Assembly: GCA_026770705.1 (NCBI GenBank)
Contig: JANJGN010000003.1
Span: forward strand, 115,382,001 to 115,446,000
DNA length: 64,000 nucleotides
Direction of reading: 5' to 3'
From: Isurus oxyrinchus
Taxonomy: Eukaryota
Shown here: positions 48,245-61,290 of the stretch, piece after piece
How positions within the stretch are numbered: position 1 is the first letter of the stretch
Layout of the letters: each line of letters begins with the position of its first letter
Translations under genes and position numbers: made by a program
Notes under the pieces: generated by a model
The model's input: only the letters and a program-made list of their open reading frames with translations
Told to the model about the DNA's origin: nothing
Databases searched by the model: none

Positions 48245-51200
48245 GTGGAGCTCAAGGGTGTTAGAGTCTGAGCGCAAACTGTCAATGATGCCGGAGCTGG
48301 CCAAGGGGTTAAGCCCAGGCTGCTTGGACTGAATGCATTGTGGCTCGAGGGCCATAACTCGGATGTGCCCTGCAAGGTGGGGTTGGCCAGGCTGCAATGG
48401 CGCTGCAGGTAGAGAGTGGATTAATCAATGCTCCTCTGTGCTTTCAGTAGATGACAAGCCATAAAAACATTGAGAGGTCGGAGACAGGCAAAGGCCCTCG
48501 AAAGCCCCTAATATTGAACAAGTTTGAGCAAGATGCCTTGGAGCTGGAATGCCACCACCCACCTCATTCAACTGGCCACGGAGAGGCGGGGGTGTCAGAC
48601 GAAGGTAAGAATGCAGTGCACAGAGGTGACAGTTTCAGATGGTGCAAACATTCTTCTGTAGTCTCATCATTGATGGGAGCCTCGAAACTGGAGTCTCCAT
48701 TAATCATTGAAAGATGATGGCACCATGATGCAGATCTCCATTGACTCACCAGGGTGCCTGGCATGCACAGCGACAGTGTGATTACTTTAACTAATGACAT
48801 GTTGATACTCTCCCTTTGATTCGCCAGCACGCATTCGCTCTCAGGGCCCTGAAGAGCCATCCCTGGGATTCAGCTGCACCTGCATCACACCCTTTCTCTG
48901 AACCCTAAGCAGATACCAGCACCTCAGTGGGCATTAAATCTTCGGCTAGAATGGCGGTGCACAACAGTGAGAGCAGTTCACACTCGCTTGAGGTGCAGGC
49001 AGAGGCAGAGTGCCCAGAGTGCTGGTAATTGGAGGACTGCTGCAGACCAGGACCATGTTGAGTAAAGGCAGATGATGGGCCTCTGGAGTCGTCCATTAGG
49101 CGGCACATGCTGGATGTCCAGTAGGATGTGCGGGAGGATTTGACAGAGATCCATGAGGGTATGTGTGCCATGGTCTCTGTTGTGGAGGGCATGCAGAGCA
49201 CAACCACATTGACCCTCATGGCCGAGCACACAGCCTCCTCCAAGAAGAGGGTGGTGACTTTCATGGAGAGGCAGCACCAGGGACATAATTAGGGGTTCCT
49301 GGGGTTGCGGGCAGACCTGCAAGCCATCACACAGGCAATGACCTCAGTTGATGAGCGCCAGTGTGGGAGATGGATGAGGCACCCAGTATCCAAGCTAGGC
49401 GCCCATCCATTAATGGTGAGCAAGGAGGACCACAGCGACCTCACGTTGGCACACGAGCTGCTTGTCATCTCTGCGGGCTCCTCTCAGGGCACTCTGGATG
49501 ACGGCAGCAGCTCCTCCTCCCCTCTGCCAGTGGCTGTGGCATCTGATGAGGCTGTGATGACTGGGGAGATGCCAGCCGTGGCACTGGCCACTCCCTCCCA
49601 GGCGGGGCCAGCACAGGCTCCACGGGCCAGAGGACGACCGCCAAGGTCATCAAGGCCAACAGGACAGCAGAGTGAGCAGGTTGTCTCCAGTGCCGCTGCC
49701 AGCTATGGGAGGGGGCACCAAGACATAGCCCTCGTAAATGTAAGTTTAAGGCACCATGAGAACAAGAGGGGCTGGTTATGGGTGATCTTCTTCTGCAATA
49801 TTTTACTCATATGTTTACTAGTGTGAAAATGAACACCAGAGATGGTAATGTTAATTTGCTTTGAGTGTGAAAATTACATAAATTTTGTTTTTGTCATAAT
49901 GTTCTGAGTATGCTTCACCTTTTTTCCCTGGTGCAGGGTTTGTCAGTATGTAATGTTGGATGTGAGTGGCTCTAGACTTTATTGTACAGGCACTGGGTGG
50001 ACTTTGGGTTCAAATGAAAGGGTCATTTCAAACATCTGGGATGGAGGCGGCAGCCCCAGCAGGAGGTGGAAGCAGATCTTTGGCAATCTAATGAAGAAGC
50101 GTTGGTGTCCCTGCCTCCCTGGAGGTTACAGAGGTCTGCCTCCACGCCCTCAGCTTTCCCCTCAATGTGCACCTCTTCTGGCACACTACTTGATTCATCC
50201 TCTGTGGCCTGTGGAGCGGCCTCAAGATCCTTTTCCACCAGTGGGTCCTCCCTTGCCATTGCCAGATTGTGGAGGTCACAGCATGCAACCACTATCAGTG
50301 ACACCTACTCTGGGGGGTATTGTGGTGCACCTCCGAATGGTCTAGGTATTAGAAGTGCACCTTCAGAAGACCTATGGTTCTCTCTATCACCGTCCTTGTG
50401 GAAGCATGACTCCAATTATAACATTGCTCTGCCTCTGTTCTTGGGTGGATGAGAGGCGTCATAAGCCACCTTTTCAACAAATAGCCCTTGTCACTCAGCA
50501 CCCATCCATCTAGTTGGGCTGGAGCAGTGAATAGCCTCGGCACCTGGGAGTGTCTCAGGATACAAGCATCATGGGAGCTGCCAGGGTACCTTACACAGAC
50601 TTGCAGAATCTGGGTCTTGTGGTCACACACTATCTGCACGTTCATGAAGTGGAAGCTCTTCCTGTTGATGAAGGCACCCGACTCACCCACTGGCACTTTG
50701 ATGGCCACATGTCTGCAGTTGATTGCACCCTGGACGCGGGGGAATCCTGAAATCACTTCAGATCCTTTGGCTCGCCCAGCCTGGCTGGCCTCATCCATCT
50801 GGAAATGAATAAATGTCATTACCGCCTGAACAGAGCTTCTGTCACCAGCTTGATGCTACTGTGGACAGCTGGTTTAGACAATCCACAAAGATTCTCCACT
50901 GACTCCTGGAAAGAACTGGAGACATGGAAGTTGAGGGTCACTGTGACCTTCAGGGCAACTGGCATGGGGTTTCCACCCATACAGTTGGAGCTGATTTCAG
51001 GTACCCAATCATCTCACAAATGGAGGTCAATGTCTCCCTTCAGAGATGGAGCCTCCTTCGGCACTGCATCTCAGACATGTTGAGGTAGCAGCATCACTGC
51101 CTGTAAACTCTGGCAGCAGGCTAATGGTGTCTTCTGCGGCCCCTTCTGCCTTGGACTACCTGTTGGCTCTGCGCCCCTAGTGCCTGTGCCTCTCCTCCCA

Positions 51201-51608
51201 CAGGTCCCTCACCTGGAAGCTGCATTGGGACACCAGGCCTCCTCCCCCTTCTACCCTTCTCTTCCTCCTCAGAGGCGGCACCACCAGCGGAGAGCACAAT
51301 CCCCATTACCAGGGTACAGAAGGCTGTCTGATATATGGAAGGGTCCATGTGGCCAAAATCCTCCAGGGGCCTTGGAGACACCAATGAGTCCTGAAATGAA
51401 GCCTAGAAATGCTAAGAATGAAGCTCAGAACTGAGATGAAGCCGTCAAGTTCAAATAAAGAATAAGCAGCAAACAATCTCCTAAACTCCTCACTACTCAC
51501 AATGGCAATGCTGCTGCTAACCCTTTTTATCCTGCTCTTGGATGAGTTTTTGCAAAATGTGGTCTGCCCACCTGCTCGTTTAGCCCGTGAGGCTTAAATT
51601 TCTGCCTA
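47580..51608 (-). mobile_element. PIF/Harbinger transposon copy 2, near full-length and degenerate
   Basis: TIR-like GGCCTGAATTTT / AAATTTCTGCC. Transposase on minus (50349-50819: GAINCRHV, GSSHD, LSDKGY, IERTIGLLK). Multi-exon Myb/SANT gene on + (47854 to about 49760). Confidence 0.9.
48216..48244. repeat. Poly-C homopolymer
   Basis: About 29 consecutive C in the Myb-gene intron. Confidence 0.9.
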
Positions 51609-51739
51609 TAGATTGCAGTGCATCAAGAAGGCAGCACACCACCACCATCTCAAGAGCAATTAGCGATGGGCAAGAAATGATGCCCTAGCCAATGATGCCA
51701 GTAACCCATGAACAAATTTTAAAAAATCTCTCTCTGCTG

Positions 51740-53020
51740 GCACATGAATACAGTAACCAAAGATGGACAAAACGAACAATGTAATTTTCAATATGCTACA
51801 TCCCTCCTCTTCTTAGTAAATAACAGGCATAGCGTGTTTCAATGGTTTGTTTCAAAAAGTGTAAACAATAAACTTAAACATCACTTGAACATTCAACTTC
51901 AGTAACACTTACATATTCTAACTTTTCTGTTAATTTAACGATGCTCTCAATCCTGTTCAATGCGATGAATGATTTGTCCACCAACTGAAAATAGTTCACT
52001 TTGTGGCATAATCATTTAAGTATGGCAGATGTTTTCTCTCATGAGTAGGACATTGCCTGACATCAGGCGTGGTCTCATTTAATTCATGTTCTTCATTTGC
52101 GATATTGATGGTTGAATCGGATTCAATGCTTACAAAAGGTGTTTTCAGTGCTTTGAAGAATGACACGTTTCATGTGATGATTTGTGAACCACACTTAGCA
52201 ATGTTCATTGATCCTTTTGTGTTTGTCACAACAAGTGGCTGGATTCAGGGGGTTATTTGATTTTCTGTTTGCTTTTCAGCATGACCATTCCACAAGCACT
52301 TTAACTCAAGGCTCTAGTGCTGTAGCTCTAAATGTCATGTTTTGCCCTGCATTTACTTTTATTTGATTCCTCTGTTCTCTATACTGTTCATGTAGATGTT
52401 GATCATTATCTCTGCAGGGTATGTCAGGTAGATATGTGCACATAAGATTTGCAAAGATAAGTGTTGCTGGAGGTTTTCCAGTGATCGAGTGAGAAGTCAC
52501 TATATGATTGCGAAGAAGCAAATAAATTCCTTTCTCTTAGCTCTAGCAGTAAATATCACTTTTTCAAGGTATTCATAAATCTCTCAACTTCTCAATTAGC
52601 TCTTGTCCAATGGGGTGTGATTTTTTGATGAGTGAAGCCCGGGTAATTCATGAATTTACTGAACTCAGTCACTGTTGAATGGGGGTCCATTGTCACTTCT
52701 CATCATTTGAGGGACTCCAAACAAGGCGAAAGCCTGGTCAAGCTCTGAGATGACTGCTTTCATTGAAGTTGACATGACTGGGAATCTGCTGAAGCTGTCA
52801 GTGGCAACAAGCAGGTGTTTACCACTGTGCAAATCTGCAAAATCAACACTAACTTCAATCCATGGTCCTGGAGCTAGTTCAGACAACTTCAGCGGATCAC
52901 AGAAGTTTGACATTGTGGTTGCTTAACATGGCAAATACTGATTATTTTGTGCTCTATCATGTGGTCAATCCCCGGAACCAACTTTTTCCCTAAGGAGTTG
53001 TTTGGTTTTGACAAAGTTAA
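51740..53020 (-). mobile_element. Old Gypsy integrase/3' fragment
   Basis: PWIEVSVDF...DSFSRFP...RSDNGPPFNS. Confidence 0.8.
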
Positions 53021-53340
53021 ATGCACTGTCTGAAGGTACACAGCATTTGCAATAAGGTAGATGAATTAGTGGCATCAGAAGTGAAAGGGTATGATCTAAT
53101 TGCCATCAGGGAGAAGAGGTTGCAGGGTGACCAAGACTGGGAACTGAATGTATTTGACACTTAGGAAGGATAGGCGAAAAGGAAAAGGAGGTAGCACTGT
53201 TAGTAAAGGATGAGATCAGTACATCAGTGAGAGATGAACTTAGATCAGAAGGTCAAGATGCAGAATCAGTTTGGTTGGAGCTAAGAAACAGCAAGGTGCA
53301 GCAAACATTGGTGGGAGTTGTTTATAGGCCATCAAATAAC
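53020..53340 (+). mobile_element. CR1 endonuclease fragment
   Basis: ESVWLELRNSK...VGVVYRP. Confidence 0.8.
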
Positions 53341-54138
53341 AGTCTACTGCATTTGCTATTCCCAATGTGGTCCCCTCTACATTGGGGAAACCAAACGCAG
53401 ATTGGGTGACCACTATGCTGAACACCTTCGGTCTGTCTGCAACCATGACCCAGACTTTCCTGTCGCTTGCCATTTCAACACACCATCCTGCTCTCATGCC
53501 CACATGTCCTTCCTTGGCCTGCTGCAATGTTCCAGTGAAGCCCAATGTAAACTGGAGGAACTGCACCTCATTTTCTGATTAGGCACTTTACAGCCCTCTG
53601 GTCTTAACATTGAGTTCAACAACTTCAGACCATGAAGTCTCTCCTCTATCTTCACCCCTTATTAAGCCCCTTTTCAAAAACTTATTTCTATTTTTTAGCC
53701 ACTTATTTTTATTTTTATTCATTTATTCATTGTTTTATTCCCTTTTTATCCCTTTATGCATCTTTTTCTCCAACAACTGCCCCCTCCCTCCACCCCACCC
53801 CCAAAAGGGCCAGCTGTTACTTGTTCCATGTTGCTCTTTCACAGAATACTTATCCTTGTTCTGCGATTAACACATTCTGCTTTCTTACCTTTATGCCACT
53901 ATCAGCACCTCCTTTAGCCCTAACCACTACCATTAACACTCACTTTGTCTTTTCGTCCATGACATCTTTGTCAATCTTTCCTTGACCCAACCTATTGCTG
54001 GCCTCCTATACAGCTTCACCTGCCCCGCCCCCTAAAACAGTATCAATTTCATCACATTTCTACTTCTCTCTGACAAAGGGTCATATAGACTCGAAACGTT
54101 AACTCTGTTTCTCTCTCCACAGATGCTGTCAGACCTAC
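53341..54138 (+). mobile_element. Older 5'-truncated Penelope fragment: GIY-YIG end plus pLTR with a decayed hammerhead at 54070-54104
   Basis: VYCICYSQCGPLYIGETKRRLGDHYAEH...SEAQCKLEE; CTGACAA-A-GGGTC-ATATA-GACTC-GAAAC-GTT. Confidence 0.88.
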
Positions 54139-56995
54139 TAATAACATAGTATACCTCATTAAGTTTCTTTTTAATCAATAAGGTCAAGTAAATCTTGCCT
54201 TCAGTGGTTCACCTTGCATGGGTAACAGAATCAGTGCCATATTCCCAGGTTTATAAGTGTGTTCTTCAGCTGTGTTTTCTCATTACCTGTTGAAAAATCT
54301 TAAGTTGTTCTCAAGCAACTGTATATGCCTTTGACAGTCTGTCTTGGAATTAGGGCACAAGACCCAAAAGAGTAATTCCCTTTCCTGATCCAGAAAGTTC
54401 TCGTTAATAAATTTAAATGGTCCTCTTACTTTGTGCCCATAAGCTAACTCAAAGGGACTGAAACATAATTGTTGATTAATTTGGTGCATCCCAAATTGCA
54501 AGGAATTTCTCTATCCCAATCCTCTGGATATTCAAGACAATAAGCTTCGATTACAGTATTTAAGTTTTGATGTCATCTTTCCAATGCCCCTTGTGGCTGT
54601 AGGTGATATAAGTTTTACTCTTAAACTGCATTTAGTTTCCTGGAATACCTTTGACATAAAATTTGACCCTTGGTCAGATTGAACTTCTCTGGGCAATCCA
54701 CACCTAGTGAAAGACTGAATTAACTCTTCAATTACTGCACTTATCTTTCTAAATGGAATGGCCTCTGGCAACCTCACAGACAAATCCACAATAGTAAAAA
54801 GATATTGATACCCTGTTTTAGTTTTAGATAAGGGTCCAACACAATCCAGTAGAACCCTACTAAATGGTTCATCGAAAACTGGGATAGGAATCAATGGAAG
54901 TGGTTTACTTGATAGCTGGGGTTTTCCAACCATTTGACATGTGTGATACATCTTGCAGAAGTCAACCACACCCCTGTGCAATCCGGCCAGTAAAAACTTT
55001 CATTATTTTAACCTGAGACTTTCTTATTCCATTGGAATCTCATTTGCAGTCCTTAAAATTTCTCTGCGATAACCAGAAGGGACAATAATTTGATAGACTG
55101 TAGTCCATTTCTCATCCACTGGTCTTTGAGGAGGTCTCCATTTCCTCATTAATATATCATTGTTTAGGTAATAACATTCAGGAACCTTTTCTGATTCATC
55201 CTCAGAATACAGTGTTTGAGACAATCCCCACAAATTAGGACTTACCTGCTGGATTTCAATTAAAAATGTCTGCTACATATGTCAGCCTCTTTCCTTTCAA
55301 GGTTTTTATCCTCATGCAGTTTCCAAAAAAAAGTCCTGGATAATCAAATACCTGAATCATCATCCCTTTTGATTGCTTTTGCCTCAACTTGTCTCACCTT
55401 ATGAGCCTGAGACATCATCACTGCACAACCTGGGAACAATCCACAATGTTCCTCCTGCAAAATCTCAGTTTCCCTCACATCAACTGGCTCTCTTGCAACT
55501 CTTGGAGATAATACCATATCACCTGCCAAATCATTCCCAATAAAAAAATCTATCCCTCCAATAGGCAACATTGGAACAACTGCTACGTAGCAACTCAATG
55601 TGCCAAGCCAATTTGATACTTAACTTTTTATAAGGGAAAAGGTTCATACCTTCCAAGAGTATCCTCTACCAGTACCTTATGTTTCACCAGACTATGTGGA
55701 AGATAAGCATATCATCAGCCACTGAATAACTGAACTGATCCAGTGTATCTCAAAATATGAATTTGTTTACTTATTTTGTTTCAGGAATAAGAGAATACTA
55801 CTCCCTTGGGAATAAAACATTTATAATCTTAAGTAACATGTCTCACTGCATCAGTACATAAAGAAGTATTTCCTTGACTATTCCACCACTGTAGCAGGTT
55901 CTGAGGGACACCTTGCAATTGGACGTTTACTACTCATTTCTTTTACCGATACAGTCTTTTCTGAAGACTCCTTTGACATTCCTCCTGCTGCAACTAGTTT
56001 TCCTTTAAGTTGCCAGCAACTTGATTTCACATGCCTGGTTTACTGCAATGAAAACATACAGATTTCTTCACATCATCTATATCTTCAATATTACCAGCCT
56101 TATTAACTATAATAGGCTCAGCCTTCTCCTTAAAGCCAGAATCTTTTCCAAATTTGTGATTCCTCAAGATTCCTTATGGGTTCATTAATGGAGATTTAAC
56201 ACTCCCTAATTGTCTATCTGTGATATCATATCCTCGGGTAAAACCTCAGCTTCTCTTAATTTAGAAATTTTCTAGTCCTCCAGATGAAGCCTAATAGCTA
56301 CTGGAATAATTCCTAAATTCCTAACTTCTTCTGGGGTCATGAATCCTCTCACATTTTCAATATTTCCTTGAACGATTCCACCAGTCCCACAACATCTCTT
56401 TCTCTCGAGCATATTCTACAAAGGCCTGGTTCAGTTTTTTCATGACAGTGTGAAAACTTAACTGATATGCCTTGAGAACCAACTCGTATGCATTAAGAGC
56501 TGTATTTTTAACTGTCTCATAATCTGAAGATTGCTCTCCTGAATGACTTGCATGAACATCCATCACCTTACCAACTTTGCAAAATCAAAGCCTATGTCCC
56601 CTTGGGCCACTGTAACTGTATAGCAGTCTTCTCAAATGATGTAGAATATCTTTCTGACCTTCAGTAAATTTAGGCACTAAGTGAATATCTTTTGCAAAAT
56701 GAAGATTCGAACCACCGTCTAAACCACCAGTTCTTCCTCACCATGTAAACAGTATCTTCCTTATTCCAGGGCAAACTGTCTCTCTCTCCTTTCCCTTTGA
56801 GCTTCTAATTCAAGGTTTTTAAGTTCCATTTGCTGTGCTGTTTTCTCCCTTGCTGCCATTTTCCTATCTCTTTCTCATTCAAGCTTTTTTAAGTTCTCTT
56901 TCTTTTCCCTTTTCTTTTAATTCAAGCTGCTTCATCTCCAACTGAATCCTAAACCAACTCAAGCTGTGATTTATCCGGATTAACAGTTTCTATTT

Positions 56996-59912
56996 TATAG
57001 TAATTGTAGCTTTAAAGAATGTAGTGACTGTAGCTTTGAGACTTATTGCGCTGTATACTATCATGTGACAGTGTGAATGAATCAGCTCTAAGCCCGGGGG
57101 ACCTTAAAGTGGGAGTTCTTCTTCTAGATGTGGAGCTTGATGGAAGATGTAACCACTGCTGCAGCCTGTAAGTAAAATATGATGTTTCTAAATGAGAAAT
57201 CTGCCTCAAGTCCATAACAAACTGGCGATGAACACTGGGTCCGGCATTGTTCCTTACCCAGCAACCATGAGAATCTTGTTTAAACAGAAGAACAGGTAGG
57301 TATGTCACACTTTGATGGTATTGACCCCTTCAAACCATCCACAGAGGATTGGTGTCAATATATAGAATGCCTCGGGTTCTATTTCCAGGCAACCAAAATA
57401 ATGGGGAGGAAAAGAGGAGAGCAATTCTTCTAAGTGTTTGTGGGACTAAAGCCTATAATTTAATCCAAAGTTTGATGGCCCTGAATGCCCATGATTTGAA
57501 GACCTTCAGTGAATTGGTTAAGGGACACTTTCAACCCAAAACCTCAGTCACCATGCAGAGGTTCAGGTTTAATTCAAGGGTTAGAGCCTTGGGGAAGACC
57601 ATTGCTACATATGTGGTGAAATTAAAACAACTGACTGAACACTGTGATTTTGGGGAGACCCTAAGTGATATGCTCAGGGATAATTTGGTCTGTGGTGTGC
57701 AAGATGATGTCATTGAACAACAATGATTAGCTGAAGTTAACCTCAATTTTAAAAAGGCATTAGAAATAGCGCTCTCGATGGAAAGCGCTGAATAAGACAT
57801 ACAGGTTATACAAGGTGCTGTTTTCCAGTTGGGGTGTGAATGGACAGCCAGGTGTGGCACAAAAAGCCAGGGCTCCACCACAAAGCAGGACACAGTCCCC
57901 GCTACCCGGAAATTTTAAATAAATACAGGAAAAAGCTCAGCAGCAAATCTGAAAATGAATTGTTACCGATATGGAAGGATATCATACTGCTGAAACTTGC
58001 CCTTTTAAAAAGGTGGAGTGGTATTTTTGCCATTAAAGAGGGCACATACTTAAGCATTGTAAAGCAAGATTGAGACAGACTCCCAAGCAGCAGACTAAGT
58101 TAATTGAAGTACACAATGTGGAAGAAGCAAAAACCACCAATTCTGGTATTTACTCCCTATTTAATGTAAAAGTAGGGAAGACAGAGCCAATCACTGTTAC
58201 TCTGCAGGTAAATGGAAAACGTTTAATGAAGGATTGATGCTTCAACTACTGTAGTGGGAGAGCACACCTTCAAGTATTTAAACAAGGGTACTCAACAACT
58301 GAATTTGGAGCAGACTTCAACCAAATTGAAAAGATACGCTGGTGAAGCTATCCAATTGAAGGTATTACCACTGTACCTGTTTATTATAAGCAGCAAACAG
58401 TTCCCTGTCATGGTAGTGGAAGGCGAAGGACCAAGCCTTCTAGGTTGCAATCGGTTGAGGGTAATTTCAAAAGGAAGCTGGAAGAGTTCCTGAATTGGGA
58501 AAACAACAAGACAAAGTACTTCAGAATGAGCCTGGAGAGTTCAAGGACCTTAGCAGGGTGCGAAAGGAGTGTGTAGTCATTCAGCAACCTGAGGAAATGA
58601 AGACTGTCTTAAACAGCAGCAGGAAAGAACAGCAGAAGAGACTCAAGGAGACTGCTGAATTACAGAATTCAAGATGAAGCGAGTGAGCTCCGTAAAGAAA
58701 AGGAAACCTGTTGAAAGACCTTCACACATGACAAAGACCCCTCAGTCAAAGTTTCTACCTCTGGAAAATTACGAAGGGAAGCAAAAAGAATTTAACGTCG
58801 CCCTGAACAAACTGAAGAATCAGTTGGGAGAGAAGACGCAGCAATTTTCAAGGTTTCAGGAGGAAGTCAACAGATAGAAGAAGGAGACAGAAGAGCTAAA
58901 GAATCAGCTGAATGGAACAAAAGAGGCATCAGAAGGAATAGTTGTGGAGCTTTCCAAAATGCAAGTGGGTGTTGAAGCCATGGGCAGCTCAACCCCTGAA
59001 CGGAACCAAGATGAGATTTCGCCTGAAAGAAGTCTGGCCACCTGTGAAGTCAAAATGATGATGAGACTAAACTCTGTGGTAGACTGAAGAAGACAAGATG
59101 GATGATGGTTCAGAAAAGACAATGAACAATGACCCACACTACTACAGGTTCACCACCTTCAGAGTTACTTATGAAGCGACACCTTTGAATGAGATTAAGC
59201 CTGGTACTTCCCAATTTAGAGGGAAAGATGGAGAAAAGTCAAGGGAATCAAAAAGAGACTCATGATTTGCATAGTCGAGAGCAAGAATTTACTGTTGGTA
59301 AAGCAGTGTACGTACGAAAATTCGGTGGTGGATCCAGTAGGTTACCTGGTGTAATAGTTTCTTTGACCAGACCCTTGTCGTACCACATAGAAGTGTGATC
59401 ACTCACAAACACGTGGATCATTTGAAAAGAAGGGAGATACCCCAACAAAATGATGTTCCACCTATAACCATTGTAGAACCCGCGGCCCCTGTTGAAATTG
59501 TTCAACTAAGGATAGACATACCAGATGCCTCTGTTGGAGTAGATAACGCTGAGCTGCCTGTGCCTAAAGAGGTACCTGATGTTGCTACAATTCTAGATAA
59601 TGTGGATCCTGTAAGAGATTTGAAAGCCATGGTAGATGTTCTTATAAATACAAATTGTACAAAAATTTTAAAGGGGGAGGAATGTCGTAATTGTAGCTTT
59701 AATGAATATAGTGACTGTAGCTTTAAGACTTATTGTGGTCTATAGTATCATGTGACAAAGTGAGTGAATCAGCTCCAAGCAAAGGGAACCTTAGAGTGGG
59801 AGTTCTTCTCCTAGTTGTTGGAGCTTGATGGAAGCATATAACTGCTGCTGCAGCCTATAAATAAAGTTCAATGCTTCTATGAGAAACCTGTCTGGAAAAT
59901 AAAATCCAAACA
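56996..59912 (+). mobile_element. G-A family Gypsy derivative with RT/RH/IN core replaced by coiled-coil cargo
   Basis: LTRs 56996-57219 and 59683 to about 59912, PBS TGGCGATGA, PPT 59670-59682. Gag/protease and IN C-terminus are colinear with 25735-31340. Confidence 0.88.
58466..59130 (+). pseudogene. Coiled-coil cargo ORF remnant, UACA-like
   Basis: KFLPLENYEGKQKEFNVALNKLKNQLGEKTQQFSRFQEEVNR*KKETEELKNQL. Homologous to 63250-63800. Confidence 0.6.
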
Positions 59913-61124
59913 TTCTTCAAATTCCAAATGCTGTGCTACTGCATTGACTATCTCTGCTTTTTTAGCCATTGCTTTTATCTCTAACTTCACCTCTCCTAGT
60001 AATTCTATTAACCTCATCTTTGTTAATTGTTGTAAATTACTCAGGGATAAATTTTCCCTCTTCAAGAAAGTCTTAGCAGCTGACACAGCCATCCTGCTGT
60101 TCACTTAGTATAGTGAAATTCACTGTGAGCTCCTATCAACCTAAAGTTTAGCAAATTCCCGCATACCCATTATAATCTGTGAATTCATGATCCCACTCGA
60201 GACCCTAATTGTGTGGATCCCAGTAAGAAGTATTTTTTAATCCAAAAGCCCAGGTATTTACTAAAATAATGAAGCCACAAGGTCTGTGATTTAAAACAAA
60301 ATAATTTTATTTTACAAAATCAAAGAACATGAATACTAATAACTACACTCTATCTTAAATAGACAGTTTTTAAAGATATAAAATGAACACAGTTACCTAT
60401 ACTCTAAAACAAACTTAACTTAAATTTACTTCTACACTCATTTGACTTACACCCCAAAAAACTCAAGTCAGATACTCATCAGAAATTGGAAGGTTAACCA
60501 TTTGGCATAAGTGCTGTTTCAAAGATTCATTTTGGGCCTTCCACTTACTTCTGGCAAAGTTGTCCCTTCAAATCTCCTCCAACCATCCCATTGTTGCAGA
60601 CTCCCAGTTCAGCACAGGTGTTCCTAAAGTAGTAAGCATAGCCACCTTGGATCAAAACTCCCCTGGTTCTAAGGTTCTTTAGCTCTGGAGTTTTCAACCT
60701 AAAATGTTTCTCTCTCTCCCTCTCTCTCTCTTTTCTCAGCTCTGCTATCCCAGAAGTCCAGATCACTACTAGGAGTCTTCAGTTAACAGAATGTTTGAAC
60801 TTTTTAAATCAACACTGAATTTCAACTGAACTCGGCTCAAAAATTATGTTTCCTACAACAAGCTTCTACAACAGGCTTTAAAAAATTAAAACCCTGGTTG
60901 AGACCAGACCACACCTACAATCTACCCGCCCTTAAAATAAACTTCTTGTTGACCCTTTTTCTATTGTTTATCTCCCAGGCAACTTGGTCACATGAACAGC
61001 TGCTGGAGACAAAGTGCTTTACCAGAAATCATCTCCTAGAGAAACCTAATTCTCAAAGGGACCATCACTCCAACATAAAATATAGGTAATTCCCTTAAAG
61101 CATATGGGTCATCACAATTGTTAT

Positions 61125-61290
61125 TCAGCCCTACAATCCTTCAAGATCTCTGTGCTTCTGCAATTCTGGCCTCTTGCATATGTTTAATTTTCACCTCTCC
61201 TTGCCATTAATGCTAGCTGTGCTTTCAGCTGCCTCGGCCGTAAGCTATTGAATTCCCTCCTTAAACCTCTCTACTTCTCGATCTCACTTG
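61125..61290 (+). mobile_element. L2-like LINE 3' fragment, 3' half
   Basis: CAGCCCTACAATCCTTCAAGATCTCTGTGC...GCTTTCAGCTGCCT...GAATTCCCTCC is a typical L2 tail. Confidence 0.6.

Larger units (their letters stand above)
45500..51723 (+). mobile_element. CR1 family A RT/3' end, split by a solo LTR (46013-46946) and Harbinger copy 2 (47580-51608)
   Basis: The LINE sequence resumes across both insertions. Tail at 51610-51723. Confidence 0.85.
54150..61116 (-). mobile_element. Gmr1-type Gypsy (gag-PR-IN order), 3'-truncated and interrupted by a G-A element
   Basis: LTR about 60210-61116, tRNA-Pro-like PBS about 60190-60207, gag (SSDYETVK..L.AYEL), zinc knuckle, protease region, then integrase directly (LMRKWRP, DCVGPL, SDQGSNF) with no RT in between. 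Confidence 0.8.

Noticed and set aside
50349-50819. Domesticated HARBI1 gene
   Set aside because: Frameshifted, lies within TIRs beside a Myb partner, and is multi-copy in the window, so it is a transposon relic.
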